From IMG/VR virus record IMGVR_UViG_2917855067_000007: a stretch of DNA of 53,826 nucleotides; one strand, given 5' to 3'. This document shows positions 9,863-20,513 of the stretch, one piece after another. The notes under the pieces were generated by a model. It ran no database searches, was not told the origin of the DNA, and saw nothing but the letters and a program-made list of their open reading frames with translations. The translations under genes were made by a program, and so were the position numbers. The DNA comes from a virus. Taxonomy: Duplodnaviria > Heunggongvirae > Uroviricota > Caudoviricetes. How positions within the stretch are numbered: the first letter of the stretch is position 1; each line of letters opens with the position of its first letter.

Positions 9863-10171
9863 TGTTTTTATTCATTTTTTTCCCAGGAATCGCAGAAAAA
9901 ATCCCGCCACGCCTGTCTTATTTCGTCGATATCAGAGCAAAACACCCAAATATCGGCCATCTTCGCCAAACCTCGCACCCGGCATTCCAGAGTGCGAGAC
10001 ACGCAAAATAATCTATAATTATCAATGATTTACATGATTGCCACTCTAAGCATAAATCCATATAGCGGCGAAATAATTGCCCTGAAACAAAATTCGGTAT
10101 TCGGATGGATTTGGGGCCATCTGCCCGCCATATAGTTTTATAAGCTGATACATATACATTTCCTCATTATC

Positions 10172-10251
10172 AGTACTGTAAAAGTCCCGTAATACCGTGT
10201 CGCCCGGTCATTTTCAAACCACCGTTTGGCCGCTACCATTCAGTACTTTTC
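10172..10251. repeat. ~80 bp direct repeat, copy 2
   Basis: near-identical to 9783-9862. Confidence 0.6.
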
Positions 10252-10614
10252 GTCCTGCTGACAGATGTGCCATCGCAGCTGCGCGGCCAGTCGGAAATCT
10301 GCTGGCATACTATGCGCCCGGTGCGGTCGCAGAACTACTGGCAGGCCGTCCTTTCTTCATTTTCCCGCTACCTGGACACAAAGCGCTGTACGTCCAGTTT
10401 GGGGGCGAATTATGATTAGGCAGGCTCCGGCAGTGCTCCCGGCTCTGTCAAAACTTAGTGGCGTAAAGTCATGGAGGATCGGTGGGAGGAGATGCAAATC
10501 CTCTCATGCAAAAATGCGTAAAATCAGTAACGGCTGGAAATCATTCAATACTCGCACTATCGGAAGTTCGCCAGCCAGCCGCAGTATTCCGCCATGACAA
10601 GTTGCTGCGACTTT

Positions 10615-10908
10615 TTATGTTGAACGGATAAATACCCAGACCAGCAGACACGCCACCACCGGCACAGCAAAATCCATCAGGCTTGCTACATCCCACGCGC
10701 GTGGATCAAAACCGCCCCACCACGGCATGTTAATCCGCTTGCCATGCCCGAACATTTCAATCCAGCGATATTCTGCCTGGGTGTGTTCACGCGCAATGAA
10801 GAACGTACAGCCGGCTATCGCTCCGTAAACCCAGTTTCCGGTAAAAAGACCAACCAGTATCTGCGCAGCCACAGCACAAAGTGCATGAAGTAAGGGGCTT
10901 ATATCCAT
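10615..10908 (-). CDS. small integral membrane protein
   Basis: 97 aa, three hydrophobic segments; ATG at 10906-10908 with strong AGGAGG. Confidence 0.45.
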   Translation of the reverse strand: MDISPLLHALCAVAAQILVGLFTGNWVYGAIAGCTFFIAREHTQAEYRWIEMFGHGKRINMPWWGGFDPRAWDVASLMDFAVPVVACLLVWVFIRST

Positions 10909-10921
10909 TACTCCTCCTTTA

Positions 10922-11623
10922 TCAGATATCGCTTCGGGAAGTTGATAACAGCTTTAATTCTGACTCAAGTTCATCAACTCTTTCAGTCAGTTTCTGGATA
11001 TGGTGAATCAGTGGAACAACCAGACGTTCGTACATTACACCTTCGGCAACAAGGCCATTGCTGGAAATAGCTTCAGGAGCATCATCTTCGTTAGCTGGTC
11101 GCCAGTGTACAAACTGAGGGGCAATTTCTCCTACTTCCTCGGCAATCAATCCATAGAACCCCCAATCACGCCTGTCATTTTCGCATTGCGACCTGTACCA
11201 TACAGGGCGCATCTTGAGAATGAGATCGGCGTGCTCTGAATCTATCGTCTCTACTGAATGCTTATAGCGGATAGACGATGTTGACCGCAATACAGACGAA
11301 ATTGCGGGGTCAGGATTAAGATAAAGGTTTGCCGCAGCTGTAGTCGTAGCCAAATTCCATAAATAAAACGCTTCACGACCTGTCAGTGGATAAAAATCCC
11401 CGCCATAACGACCGCTTTCCAGATCATTCACTTCTACTTTATTTTTCAGCTTATTATCCACTTCAGTTTTTGTGTATCTGGTACTGATATCCTGCTTTGC
11501 ACTGTCCATATCAGTCTGAAGCGTTGATACTTTTCCGCTAATTGAGGAAATATCTTCCTTAGCTTTACTGACATCTCCCTTTAGCGTGGTGATATCTCCT
11601 GGAATTACTGTCGATGTAGCCAT
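10922..11623 (-). CDS. tail fibre protein with C-terminal intramolecular chaperone (S74-like) domain
   Basis: 233 aa; coiled-coil N-terminus; C-terminal GLIAEEVGEIAPQFV block. Confidence 0.6.
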   Translation of the reverse strand: MATSTVIPGDITTLKGDVSKAKEDISSISGKVSTLQTDMDSAKQDISTRYTKTEVDNKLKNKVEVNDLESGRYGGDFYPLTGREAFYLWNLATTTAAANLYLNPDPAISSVLRSTSSIRYKHSVETIDSEHADLILKMRPVWYRSQCENDRRDWGFYGLIAEEVGEIAPQFVHWRPANEDDAPEAISSNGLVAEGVMYERLVVPLIHHIQKLTERVDELESELKLLSTSRSDI

Positions 11624-11632
11624 TTGTCTCCC

Positions 11633-11914
11633 TCACATCCAGCCACGAAGTTGATGCTCAACAACAACCGCGTATTCATCGAATATTGACGGTGTTTTCA
11701 CATCATTAATGATGCGCACGTTTACAAAATATCCGTCTTCCTTAACACATACCGGCTCGCCATCGTCAGTCAGTTCTCCGGTTTCTTTATACACGTCACC
11801 TATCACGTCAATGAGAATATCATCCTGCATCGACTCGTCATCATAATAGCCAGTGCTATCCATAAAGGCCGAAAAGTCGGCCCTGTCGGAAAATTTGAGT
11901 GTTAAATCTTTCAT
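11633..11914 (-). CDS. hypothetical protein in tail fibre locus
   Basis: 93 aa, acidic; ATG overlaps stf stop (ATGA). Confidence 0.35.
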   Translation of the reverse strand: MKDLTLKFSDRADFSAFMDSTGYYDDESMQDDILIDVIGDVYKETGELTDDGEPVCVKEDGYFVNVRIINDVKTPSIFDEYAVVVEHQLRGWM

Positions 11915-13977
11915 TTAATACTCTCCCCCATTTGCGCATCAGTTAATTCTTTATGCCATATTCTGAAATTCCTGACATGACCAAATAAATGGCGTAAACC
12001 GGCTGTAGTCTGGCCTCCAATACGGATAATTGCGGAGTTCTGAATATATGACCATGTGGTTTTTGTTTCGCTGGATATACGCCCGTTACTTACTGCGCAT
12101 GTAGACTGATCAGACTTTACACGCATCCCCATAACCATTTTTTCAAGTGATGCATTTTCGTTTATCCGTCTGTTAGACCCACCAATATCGCAATAAGGAA
12201 ATCCGTCGTAATCTGCTGAAGAACCGAAGCCAAGAATAATAGCCGCTCCGGTTTGATGACCGCCGGTATCAAAAACACGCGGTGCTGCATTTGGCGTTTT
12301 ATACCAGTTCTTATGTACCTCACAAAGAACCGTAAAAGGAAGATTATAAAGATTATTCTTAATTGGGACTGTAACTATATCGCTTGCCCGCGTTACCGGT
12401 GCCGCCCCCGTAACAATAAAAGATGATGCGCCTGTACCAGCCTCAATCTGTGGAGTGGTTACATCGAGACAATCCCCTGATGCCACCATCTGCCCTGTAT
12501 CCGGAGAATACTGGACGAAACCACCAACCGTATTTTCTGTTGTATCTGCTTTTAATGTAGCCTCAAAAAATATCCAGCCAGTTGCATCTTCCTTAACAGA
12601 CCTTGCTGTAACACGGCTTGTCTGGCCTGTCTTGCTAATTATGCGGGTGGTAAGGTTCAGGCTTGCTGCTCCTATTGATGTCCTTACCTCCCCATCATAA
12701 TGTTCAAATAAAATACGAACGGCGATATTATCAACTTCACTTTTTACCCGACAGGATATAGTTACATACTTTTCGTCACCTGAAGTATCAACCCCTCCGG
12801 TACTTGAATACAGCCCTATAATGGTATGCGCTTTACTTGTGCCAACAATCGAATCCTGTACGACAAACCGGCCATAATTAAAACCGAAACTATCTGTGCC
12901 TGTTTCTGTAACGTCCAGTGAAGTTGACTTATTCCACTTCGAAGGGTCTGTACTGTTCGGGAAGAAGTTCGTTCTTTGCCCCTCAATAAGCAGGCCATCA
13001 CATTCAAATCGTGGCTCGTCAATGGCAGCCTCTGTCAGCACACCAGATTTATTAATGTAAGTTGCTTTTGATGCGCGTTTAAACTTTACAATCTTGTCGC
13101 CAGGCATTGTTATTTCATCATCGCCAATAACAATCCTTTTATATGACGGCGAAAAGCCCGTAATCATATCCAGTGAATCATTAAACGGAATCCAGACATC
13201 AGGCAGCGGCGGAACTATATTCACATATGGTTTTACAGTCACTTCCGCTGCAGCTTCTGCGCGGTCTGCCGCCGCTTCCGAACGTGTCGCCGCCGCGACG
13301 GCTTCATCCTTTTTCTGCCCGGCCTTTGTTGCGTCGGCTGCGGCCTCCTGCGCTTTTGTGGTGGCAGTTTCAGCTGCAGTTGTCGCTAATAATGCTTCAC
13401 GACGTGCTGCGTCAGCATTTTCTGCAGATTTCTCCTCTGACGCCCGGGCATTAGCCTCTGAAAGTGATGCTGCTGTTGCTGCTGTTTCTGATGCTGTTTT
13501 AGAAGATGCAGCAGCTTTCTCGCTGTTGGCTGAATTCGTCTCTGACGTTTTCGCCGCGTTCTTCGATGATGCCGCTGCAGTTTCGGATTTCTTTGCCGCC
13601 GCTGCGCTCTGAGAGGCAGCTTCAGCGTTTCGTGCCGTTTCTTCCAATATTTCCTCAAAACGGCGCAATGCCTCAGGCATGACATCATCTTCCGTCATGG
13701 CACCGAGAAAATCATTCAGCGTACCTGGCCTGGAACCTTCATAGACGGTAATGGTCCCGGCATGTGACGGCGGGAATCCCTCCACCAACAGAATGACGCT
13801 GTACTGACCGTACTCAACATCCATACTGTAACGCCCGGCTTCATCCGGATTTTCAGAGGCCACCGTGTTCACCAGTACCGTGGTGCTGTTACGCTTTGCC
13901 TTCAGTTGAATAGTGCAGTTCTGTATTGGTTTTCCCGCACCATCTTTCAGCACACCTGAGATTTTTACTGCTGCCAT
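11911..13977 (-). CDS. stf: side tail fibre protein
   Basis: N-terminus MAAVKISGVLKDGAGKPIQNCTIQLKAKRNSTTV matches lambda Stf; Ala/Ser-rich shaft; distinct C-terminal globular domain. Confidence 0.85.
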   Translation of the reverse strand: MAAVKISGVLKDGAGKPIQNCTIQLKAKRNSTTVLVNTVASENPDEAGRYSMDVEYGQYSVILLVEGFPPSHAGTITVYEGSRPGTLNDFLGAMTEDDVMPEALRRFEEILEETARNAEAASQSAAAAKKSETAAASSKNAAKTSETNSANSEKAAASSKTASETAATAASLSEANARASEEKSAENADAARREALLATTAAETATTKAQEAAADATKAGQKKDEAVAAATRSEAAADRAEAAAEVTVKPYVNIVPPLPDVWIPFNDSLDMITGFSPSYKRIVIGDDEITMPGDKIVKFKRASKATYINKSGVLTEAAIDEPRFECDGLLIEGQRTNFFPNSTDPSKWNKSTSLDVTETGTDSFGFNYGRFVVQDSIVGTSKAHTIIGLYSSTGGVDTSGDEKYVTISCRVKSEVDNIAVRILFEHYDGEVRTSIGAASLNLTTRIISKTGQTSRVTARSVKEDATGWIFFEATLKADTTENTVGGFVQYSPDTGQMVASGDCLDVTTPQIEAGTGASSFIVTGAAPVTRASDIVTVPIKNNLYNLPFTVLCEVHKNWYKTPNAAPRVFDTGGHQTGAAIILGFGSSADYDGFPYCDIGGSNRRINENASLEKMVMGMRVKSDQSTCAVSNGRISSETKTTWSYIQNSAIIRIGGQTTAGLRHLFGHVRNFRIWHKELTDAQMGESIK

Positions 13978-13988
13978 ATCCACTCCAC

Positions 13989-14016
13989 AAAAAAGCCCGC
14001 CTGAACCGGCGGGCTG
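13989..14016 (-). terminator. rho-independent terminator downstream of lom
   Basis: hairpin agcccgcc/ggcgggct followed by U-run on the minus strand. Confidence 0.6.
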
Positions 14017-14041
14017 TCATAACACTGTGTTACCTGGCTAA

Positions 14042-14641
14042 TCAGAATTTATAACCGACACCCACGATGAAACCATCAGTGCGCCAGTCGCCACTGCCGG
14101 AGCCTTCATAAGCAATATCAATGGCCACGGATTCGGTCGGGTTAAACTGCACGCCAGCTCCCCACGCCAGAGACGTGTTGCTGTGGCGACCGTCATCACT
14201 TTCGGTCAGCACATCGTGCGTTTTCCCCTTGTTATCAGTTACGCGAAGATAATCCCCGGAAAAAGTCGAAACACGGCTGTAAGCCACACCCACCATCGCA
14301 TAAGCACTGAACCATTCATTCACGCGCACAGTTGGCCCCGCCATCATGCTGAACCAGCGGTTACGCACTGAATCTTCATGCCAGCGGGTATCGCTGTAAC
14401 GGGTAAGCAAGCGATTCTTGTCTCCGGCATAACTGAATGACGTCACCAGCCCCAGCGTGTCCGTAAATTCATAACGGTATTTCACGTTAATGCCCTTCAG
14501 GTCACCGCTGCCGGGCATATCAGTATGGGTCTGAAGATACCCGGCGCTTAGTGTGGACTGATGCTCTGCTGCACTCGCTGGCGTACCAGCGGCGACCAGC
14601 CAGACTACTGCAGACAGAATAACAGCACATAATTTACGCAT
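14042..14641 (-). CDS. lom: Lom outer membrane protein (Ail/Lom family)
   Basis: 199 aa, signal peptide, beta-barrel ending ...GVGYKF. Confidence 0.9.
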   Translation of the reverse strand: MRKLCAVILSAVVWLVAAGTPASAAEHQSTLSAGYLQTHTDMPGSGDLKGINVKYRYEFTDTLGLVTSFSYAGDKNRLLTRYSDTRWHEDSVRNRWFSMMAGPTVRVNEWFSAYAMVGVAYSRVSTFSGDYLRVTDNKGKTHDVLTESDDGRHSNTSLAWGAGVQFNPTESVAIDIAYEGSGSGDWRTDGFIVGVGYKF

Positions 14642-14663
14642 AATTACCTCTCGCTTTTCTGCA

Positions 14664-14689
14664 ATAAAAAAGGCGCCATTTCTGGCGCC
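14664..14689 (-). terminator. rho-independent terminator downstream of J
   Basis: hairpin ggcgccatttctggcgcc with U-run. Confidence 0.65.
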
Positions 14690-14708
14690 CGTATTTGGGT
14701 TATAAAAT

Positions 14709-17700
14709 TCAACTGATACTGATACCAGCTGTTGATTTCTTCATCACGACAACAAGAAGGTCGCTGATACTGGTCGTTGGCGTCCAGTTATTAGCACCAT
14801 ATGAAGAAACATTGAAAGTCAGGGTGACATGACCGTGTCCGGCAGGCATATCAATGACGGATGAAAATACCCTGCTGACATCCGTCGCGGGTTGCTGAAA
14901 GATTTCCTGTCCGTTCTTCAGCACCTGCAGCTTACAGGTTGAATACCAGTATGATTGTTGGTTATTGCTGTTGAAGTTTTCATGCTTACCACCGCGAAAC
15001 AGAACGGGTGGGATTACTATCTGACGGTCAAAAGCCTGGTCATCGTACACCGTGACCGTTATTGTACCGCTGGCATAACTGCTATTTCTCGGAAAGGCTT
15101 TTCCCACCGTTTTGACAATATCACCTTCAATCTGGTTGGCAGACAGTTTTCCCAGAATCTGACAGTTCTGGTTAATCGTGACATTATTGAGCGTCCCGGA
15201 GTTCGCATTCACGTTACCGCTGATATCGGCATTTTTCGCCGTCAGCCGCCCGTCCGGTGTCAGGGAAAATACCGGCGGATTGCCGCCGCTGGTAATGGTG
15301 GGAGCCGTCAGATACTTCAGGAACACTTCGTTCATGAATATCTGGTTGCCCTGCGCCACAAACATCGGCGTTTCATTCCCGTTTGCCGGGTCAATAAACG
15401 CGATACGGTTAGCGGCAACCAGGAACTGGCTCAGTTTGCCTTCCTCCGTATCCTCCATGCTGAGGCCAAGCCCCGCGACATAATGCCTGCCGTCTTCGGT
15501 CTGCTCAATTTTGACGCCCCACATGGCATTCCATTTATCGTTGGCGTCCTTCCACTCTTTCGAAAACTCCTCCAGTTTGCTGGCGTTATCCTCCGTCAGC
15601 TCGACTTTTTCCAGCAGCTCCTTGCCGAGATGGGATTCGGTTATCTGGCCTTTGAAAAAATCCAGGTAACCTTCCGCATCATCGCTCGCCCGACCGACAG
15701 CCTCCACGAATGTCGATTTGCCGACGGTGTTCACACTGCGAACGTAAAAATAATAATCATGGCCCGGTTTGATATTGATACTGGCGGCTATCCAGTACAG
15801 CGCCGTGCCAAGATAGCGGGCTGTGGTTTCAACCTGCCTGATATCCGCAACCCGCTTTTCCGAGAACCAGAACTCAAACTGTACCGTCGGGTCATAAACG
15901 GCAAGATGCGGCGTGGCGGTTATCTGAAAATAGCCCGGCGTCAGCTCAATCCGAGACGGTGCTGCCGGTGCGGCAATCCGGAACGATACCGACGCCGGAT
16001 CGCCCTGCTGTCCCCAGGCATTTACCGCCCGGACCGTCAGCCTGTAGTTCCCCAGCGCCAGTTGCGTGAAGCGGTATGTGGTTTCCGTCGTCCTGGCCGT
16101 GCTGACCAGCCGCTCACTGCCGTCATCCGCTGCCACGGTCAGGCGAAGCATAAAGCTCACGCCCTTCACCACCTTCGGTGTGTCCCAGCGCGCCAGCACC
16201 TGATATTCCCCGCTGTCTGCGGTGACTTCTGCGGTCAGGTGCTGCACTGCTGGCGGCGTGACACCGTTCACCGTTCCGCTCTGGTCGCCGTCAAAGTGCG
16301 CCCCGTTATCCACGATGGCTTCCTTCTCCGGTACATGCTGCACGGCAGTGATGGCATACGTGCCGTCGTCGTTCTCACGGATACTCACACAGCGGAACAG
16401 GCGCTGGCGCAGCGTCGGCAGCTTCAGCCCCCACACGCTGTATTCAGCAACGCCGTCAGGAACCCGGCTCACTTTCACCTTCACGCCGTCGGTGACGGAC
16501 TGGACCTCCACGCTGACCGGATTGCCATTTCCGTCAACCAGGCTTATCAGCGTGGTTCCGGAGGATGGCAGCATGATTTCACGGTCGAGCGTCAGTGTCC
16601 GCGTCTGGCTGTTCACCGCCAGCACGCGCCCGCCGATGCTGATACCCGCATAGTCATCATCGCAGATTTCAATGACATCGCCCGGTACATGGCGAAGCCC
16701 TTCTGCGCCCACGCTGAAGTCCACGGTCTGCGTTTCCAGCAGCTCCGTTTTAATCAGCCACAGCCCGGCGCGGTGTGCCTGCCCCCGGCTGGTACAGCCA
16801 AAGGCATCCATCTTCGTGACGTTACGACCGTAACGGGCAATGGCCTGCGTGTCCTCCACAAGCTCTGTCGCCGTCTCCCAGCCGTTATTCGGGTCAATCC
16901 AGTTCACCTCAACGGCATTATGGCGGTCCTTCAGGGCGCTGAAGCTGTAGCGGAACGGCGCGCCATCATCCGGCATCACCACATTACTGCGGTTATAGGT
17001 CCACACCTTATCCGACGGTCTGTCCTGTACGAACGTCAGCGTCTGCCCGTTCCATACCGGCATACAGCGCATCGCCGAACAGAAATCACTGAGCACATCC
17101 CACGCCTTACGCTGTGTGGTCAGGTAAGCGTTACAGGTGATGCGCGGCTCCGTGCCACCAAAGCCATCCGGCACTGACTGATCGCAATACTGGCCGATGA
17201 CATACAGCGCCCATTTGTCCACATCCGCCGCACCAAGACGTTTCCCCATGCCGTAGCGCGGATGGGTCAGCATATCCCACAGACACCATGCCATGTTGTT
17301 GCTGTATGCCGGTTTAAACGTTCCGTCCCAGATACCGCTGTATTGCCGCGTCTGCGGGTTATAGTTCGACGGCACCTGCAGAATGCGCCCGCGAAGATGA
17401 TAGTTACGGCTCACCTGCTGGCTGCCGAACTGTTCCGAGTCCACCTGTACGCCAGCCAGTGCCGTGTTCGGGTAGCACTGTTTCACATCAATGATTTCGG
17501 TGTATGACGACCAGAGCGTTTTGTTCTGCAGCTGGTCTGTGGTGCTGTCCGGTGTCATCCTGCGCATCCGGATGTTGAACGGGCGCGGCGGCAGGTTACC
17601 CACCACCACCGAGGCCAGATACTGCGAGGTGGTTTTGCCCTTAATGGTGATGTCTTTTTCCGTCACCCAGCCACCGTTACGTTGTATCTGAACCAGCAGG

Positions 17701-18107
17701 CGGACTTCCGACGGATTCCGGTCCCCCTTTGAAGTGGTTTCCACCAGAGCCTGCACACCGAAGGTAAAGCGCAGACGGTCGATGTTTGCAGACGTGATGG
17801 TTCGGGTGATCGGCGTGTCATATTTCACTTCCGTACCCAGCACCGTCTCGGATCCGGAGGATTCAAAACCCTCCGGCGGTGTCTGCTCCTGCTCACCTGC
17901 CCGGAACACCACCGTGACACCGGCGATGTTGGTATTCCCTTCACTGTCCAGCACCGGCGTACTGTTCAGCAGCACGCTTTTTAATCCATCCACCGGACCT
18001 TCTATCGGCCCTTCGCTGATGGCATCGATCACACTCAGTAACTGCGTGGATTTCAGGTTGTCCTTCGCTTCGCGCGGGGTATGCCCCTTACTGCTGCCTT
18101 TACCCAT
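14709..18107 (-). CDS. J: tail tip / host specificity protein J
   Basis: 1132 aa, lambda J-like throughout; C-terminal ~150 aa appear to differ from my recollection of lambda J. Confidence 0.95.
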   Translation of the reverse strand: MGKGSSKGHTPREAKDNLKSTQLLSVIDAISEGPIEGPVDGLKSVLLNSTPVLDSEGNTNIAGVTVVFRAGEQEQTPPEGFESSGSETVLGTEVKYDTPITRTITSANIDRLRFTFGVQALVETTSKGDRNPSEVRLLVQIQRNGGWVTEKDITIKGKTTSQYLASVVVGNLPPRPFNIRMRRMTPDSTTDQLQNKTLWSSYTEIIDVKQCYPNTALAGVQVDSEQFGSQQVSRNYHLRGRILQVPSNYNPQTRQYSGIWDGTFKPAYSNNMAWCLWDMLTHPRYGMGKRLGAADVDKWALYVIGQYCDQSVPDGFGGTEPRITCNAYLTTQRKAWDVLSDFCSAMRCMPVWNGQTLTFVQDRPSDKVWTYNRSNVVMPDDGAPFRYSFSALKDRHNAVEVNWIDPNNGWETATELVEDTQAIARYGRNVTKMDAFGCTSRGQAHRAGLWLIKTELLETQTVDFSVGAEGLRHVPGDVIEICDDDYAGISIGGRVLAVNSQTRTLTLDREIMLPSSGTTLISLVDGNGNPVSVEVQSVTDGVKVKVSRVPDGVAEYSVWGLKLPTLRQRLFRCVSIRENDDGTYAITAVQHVPEKEAIVDNGAHFDGDQSGTVNGVTPPAVQHLTAEVTADSGEYQVLARWDTPKVVKGVSFMLRLTVAADDGSERLVSTARTTETTYRFTQLALGNYRLTVRAVNAWGQQGDPASVSFRIAAPAAPSRIELTPGYFQITATPHLAVYDPTVQFEFWFSEKRVADIRQVETTARYLGTALYWIAASINIKPGHDYYFYVRSVNTVGKSTFVEAVGRASDDAEGYLDFFKGQITESHLGKELLEKVELTEDNASKLEEFSKEWKDANDKWNAMWGVKIEQTEDGRHYVAGLGLSMEDTEEGKLSQFLVAANRIAFIDPANGNETPMFVAQGNQIFMNEVFLKYLTAPTITSGGNPPVFSLTPDGRLTAKNADISGNVNANSGTLNNVTINQNCQILGKLSANQIEGDIVKTVGKAFPRNSSYASGTITVTVYDDQAFDRQIVIPPVLFRGGKHENFNSNNQQSYWYSTCKLQVLKNGQEIFQQPATDVSRVFSSVIDMPAGHGHVTLTFNVSSYGANNWTPTTSISDLLVVVMKKSTAGISIS

Positions 18108-18167
18108 TCGTCATGCTCCATAAACGACAAAACCGCCCGCAGGCGGTTTCACATAAAACATTTTGCA

Positions 18168-18839
18168 TCAGCGACCAATCACCACAACCTGACCACCATC
18201 CCCTTCGTCTGCCGTGCTGATCTCCTGAGAAACCACCCGCGACCCCACACGCATTTCACCGTACAGAACAGGCAAAACATTGCCCTGAGCAACCATGTTA
18301 TCCAGTGAGGAGAAATAGGTGTTCTGCTTACCGTTATCCGTTGTCTGTGTGCGGGGAGTTCTGGCTTTCGGTGCCAGCATCTGAGCCACACCGCCGAGCA
18401 CCATACTGGCACCGAGAGAAAACAGAATGCCGGTCATACCACCGGCACCAATGGCAGCCCCCCATGCTGAAAGGGTGGCTCCGGCGGTAAAGAATGATCC
18501 GGCAATGGCGGCTGCCCCCAGGACAATCTGGAATACGCCACCTGACTTGGCCCCTGCGACTCTGGGAACAATATGAATCACAGCGCCGCCAGGCAGAGCC
18601 TCATGTAACTGCGCCGTTAATCCGGACGTGCTGACATCCCGCCCGGCAATCCGTACCTGATACCAGCCGTCGCTCAGTTTCTGACGAAACGCCGGGATCT
18701 GCGTGGCCAGCGCCCGAATGGCTTCGGCTCCCGTTTTCACACGAAGGTCGATGCGGCGGCCAAATCGTTGCAAATCCCCGTAAAGGCAGATGCGTGCCAT
18801 GCCCGGTGACGCCAGAGGGAGTGTGTGCGTCGCTGCCAT
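18168..18839 (-). CDS. I: tail assembly protein I
   Basis: 223 aa, lambda I-like. Confidence 0.9.
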   Translation of the reverse strand: MAATHTLPLASPGMARICLYGDLQRFGRRIDLRVKTGAEAIRALATQIPAFRQKLSDGWYQVRIAGRDVSTSGLTAQLHEALPGGAVIHIVPRVAGAKSGGVFQIVLGAAAIAGSFFTAGATLSAWGAAIGAGGMTGILFSLGASMVLGGVAQMLAPKARTPRTQTTDNGKQNTYFSSLDNMVAQGNVLPVLYGEMRVGSRVVSQEISTADEGDGGQVVVIGR

Positions 18840-19480
18840 TTGTCGGTATACCTCTCTCGTTTGCTCAGTTGTTCAGGAATATGGTGCAGCAGCTCGCCAT
18901 CACCACAGTAAATGGCGGCATGATTCGGCACCGATGAACCAAAACAGCACAGCAGCACATCGCCCGGTTGTGCTGATGACAACGGCACCTGATACAGACC
19001 TGTAGCCTCCAGATTATCCAGATAGAGATTCTGACCGTGACGCCACCAGTCATCCTCCCGCGTAAAATCCGGCATCTCAATTCCCGCCAGATGGTAAGCG
19101 TCCCGGAACAGCGTGTAACAGTCCGTCACCCCGTGCTCAAAGCGCCGCCCGGTGAGATGCGGCACACAGCGGAACTTGTGAATCGCCCCCCGGCAGACCA
19201 GCCACCACGGCAAATCACTCTGCACCTGCAGCCGCCTGTCGGCCTCACTCAGCCAGGGCAGACCACCGGGGTGACTGTGGACCAGCGCCACAATCTCACC
19301 CTGCATTTCTGCCTGCAGCCAGTCCTCCGGCGACATCCGGAAATAATCCTCCGGCTCACCGGAGATATTCACGCAGGGAAAATATCTTTCCCCCTCCGGC
19401 GTTCTCACCACGAAGCCGCACGACTCCGCTGGCGCACATCGCCGGGCGTGCGCCAGAATCGCTGATTCTGTCTCTGTCAT
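18737..19480 (-). CDS. K: tail assembly protein K (NlpC/P60, MPN)
   Basis: 247 aa, lambda K-like; overlaps I as in lambda. Confidence 0.9.
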   Translation of the reverse strand: MTETESAILAHARRCAPAESCGFVVRTPEGERYFPCVNISGEPEDYFRMSPEDWLQAEMQGEIVALVHSHPGGLPWLSEADRRLQVQSDLPWWLVCRGAIHKFRCVPHLTGRRFEHGVTDCYTLFRDAYHLAGIEMPDFTREDDWWRHGQNLYLDNLEATGLYQVPLSSAQPGDVLLCCFGSSVPNHAAIYCGDGELLHHIPEQLSKRERYTDKWQRRTHSLWRHRAWHASAFTGICNDLAAASTFV

Positions 19481-19485
19481 GGGAT

Positions 19486-20184
19486 TTACTGCGAAAGTTT
19501 GTTAATGGAAAGGAAGCCGCCAAAGTTGCCGACGTTATTGCGAAACTTGCAGCCACTCAGGCATTTGCTGCATTTATCCTTCGTGATATCGGACGTCGGC
19601 TGATCATATTCATCCGCGACCGCCGGACCGCTATAACCGCACTCATCGCCGCGATAGGTCCAGGTGCAGGTGTTGGCCAGCATGATACGTCCCGGAAAAA
19701 CAGCGCCGTCCGTTTCCGTCGGCGTGGACAGTACAAAGGAGGCACTCACCGCGCTCAGTTCGCTGCACTGCTCAATGCGCCAGCGGCTGATCACCTCCTG
19801 CTCCGGATCGGCGTCGCTGTTTCCGTTGACGAAGTTCACCGCATCCAGAAAACGGGCGTAAACCTTACGCCTGACCACCGTTCCGCCGACCAGACTCTGC
19901 AGATCTTCCGCCATCCCGGTGACCATACCGTACAGGTTAGAAACCGTCAGCGTGGGGCGCGTACTGGTGCCTTTGCCATTCAGTTCAAAACCGCTCCCCT
20001 GAATGGGATACGCCTGATACTGTCGCCCCTGCCAGGTGACCGGCTCACCTTTTTCGTTCTGCTCATTACAGAAAAAATAACGTTCTCCACCGACCTCTGT
20101 CAGATCGATCTCCCAGAGCACCACGCTGGCCGACTGCTCCGCACGGGTGCATTCATTCAGTGTTTCCTGCCGGATATCCTGCAT
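19486..20184 (-). CDS. L: minor tail protein L
   Basis: 232 aa, lambda L-like. Confidence 0.9.
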   Translation of the reverse strand: MQDIRQETLNECTRAEQSASVVLWEIDLTEVGGERYFFCNEQNEKGEPVTWQGRQYQAYPIQGSGFELNGKGTSTRPTLTVSNLYGMVTGMAEDLQSLVGGTVVRRKVYARFLDAVNFVNGNSDADPEQEVISRWRIEQCSELSAVSASFVLSTPTETDGAVFPGRIMLANTCTWTYRGDECGYSGPAVADEYDQPTSDITKDKCSKCLSGCKFRNNVGNFGGFLSINKLSQ

Positions 20185-20513
20185 CAGTTCACCACCTGTT
20201 TAAACTCTGCGCTGAACTCAGCGCGCAACATGCTGACACACACCGTCCACTTTGCGCAGGTCACCTTTATCTGCCGCCAGTCATAAGGCGGTGTCCACAG
20301 AAAGGCTTTCCAGCCCCCGTGCTCTGCCAGAAACGATTCCAGCGCCGTGGCTTCCTCACGGGAAACAGAAAGCGTCACGCTGTACGTTTTCAGGTCAGCA
20401 TTCAGCCCGGCAGGCGCGCGCTGGGAGTAACCATCACCAAAGCGCACCTCCCTGACGGAAGGAGCCGAAGCCACATCCATACCCGGTTTCACTTTCCAGT
20501 GGAAGGTTTTCAT
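20184..20513 (-). CDS. M: minor tail protein M
   Basis: 109 aa, lambda M-like. Confidence 0.9.
   Translation of the reverse strand: MKTFHWKVKPGMDVASAPSVREVRFGDGYSQRAPAGLNADLKTYSVTLSVSREEATALESFLAEHGGWKAFLWTPPYDWRQIKVTCAKWTVCVSMLRAEFSAEFKQVVN

Noticed and set aside
9809-10415. Two ORFs both beginning MSPGHF inside the 80 bp direct repeats
   Set aside because: Both initiate with GTG inside the repeat, diverge immediately after it and have no ribosome-binding site; more likely non-coding repeat sequence.
9460-11914. Possible invertible tail-fibre segment like Gin or Pin systems
   Set aside because: The repeats at 9783 and 10172 are direct, not inverted, and no serine invertase gene is present.
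13094-13612. 172 aa Ala/Ser-rich plus-strand ORF
   Set aside because: Antisense to the Ala/Ser-rich shaft region of stf; low-complexity reflection of that repeat.
14955-17177. 740 aa plus-strand ORF antisense to J
   Set aside because: Lies entirely inside the lambda-like J gene on the opposite strand; composition is Arg/His/Pro-rich with no domain; typical shadow ORF of a GC-rich gene.
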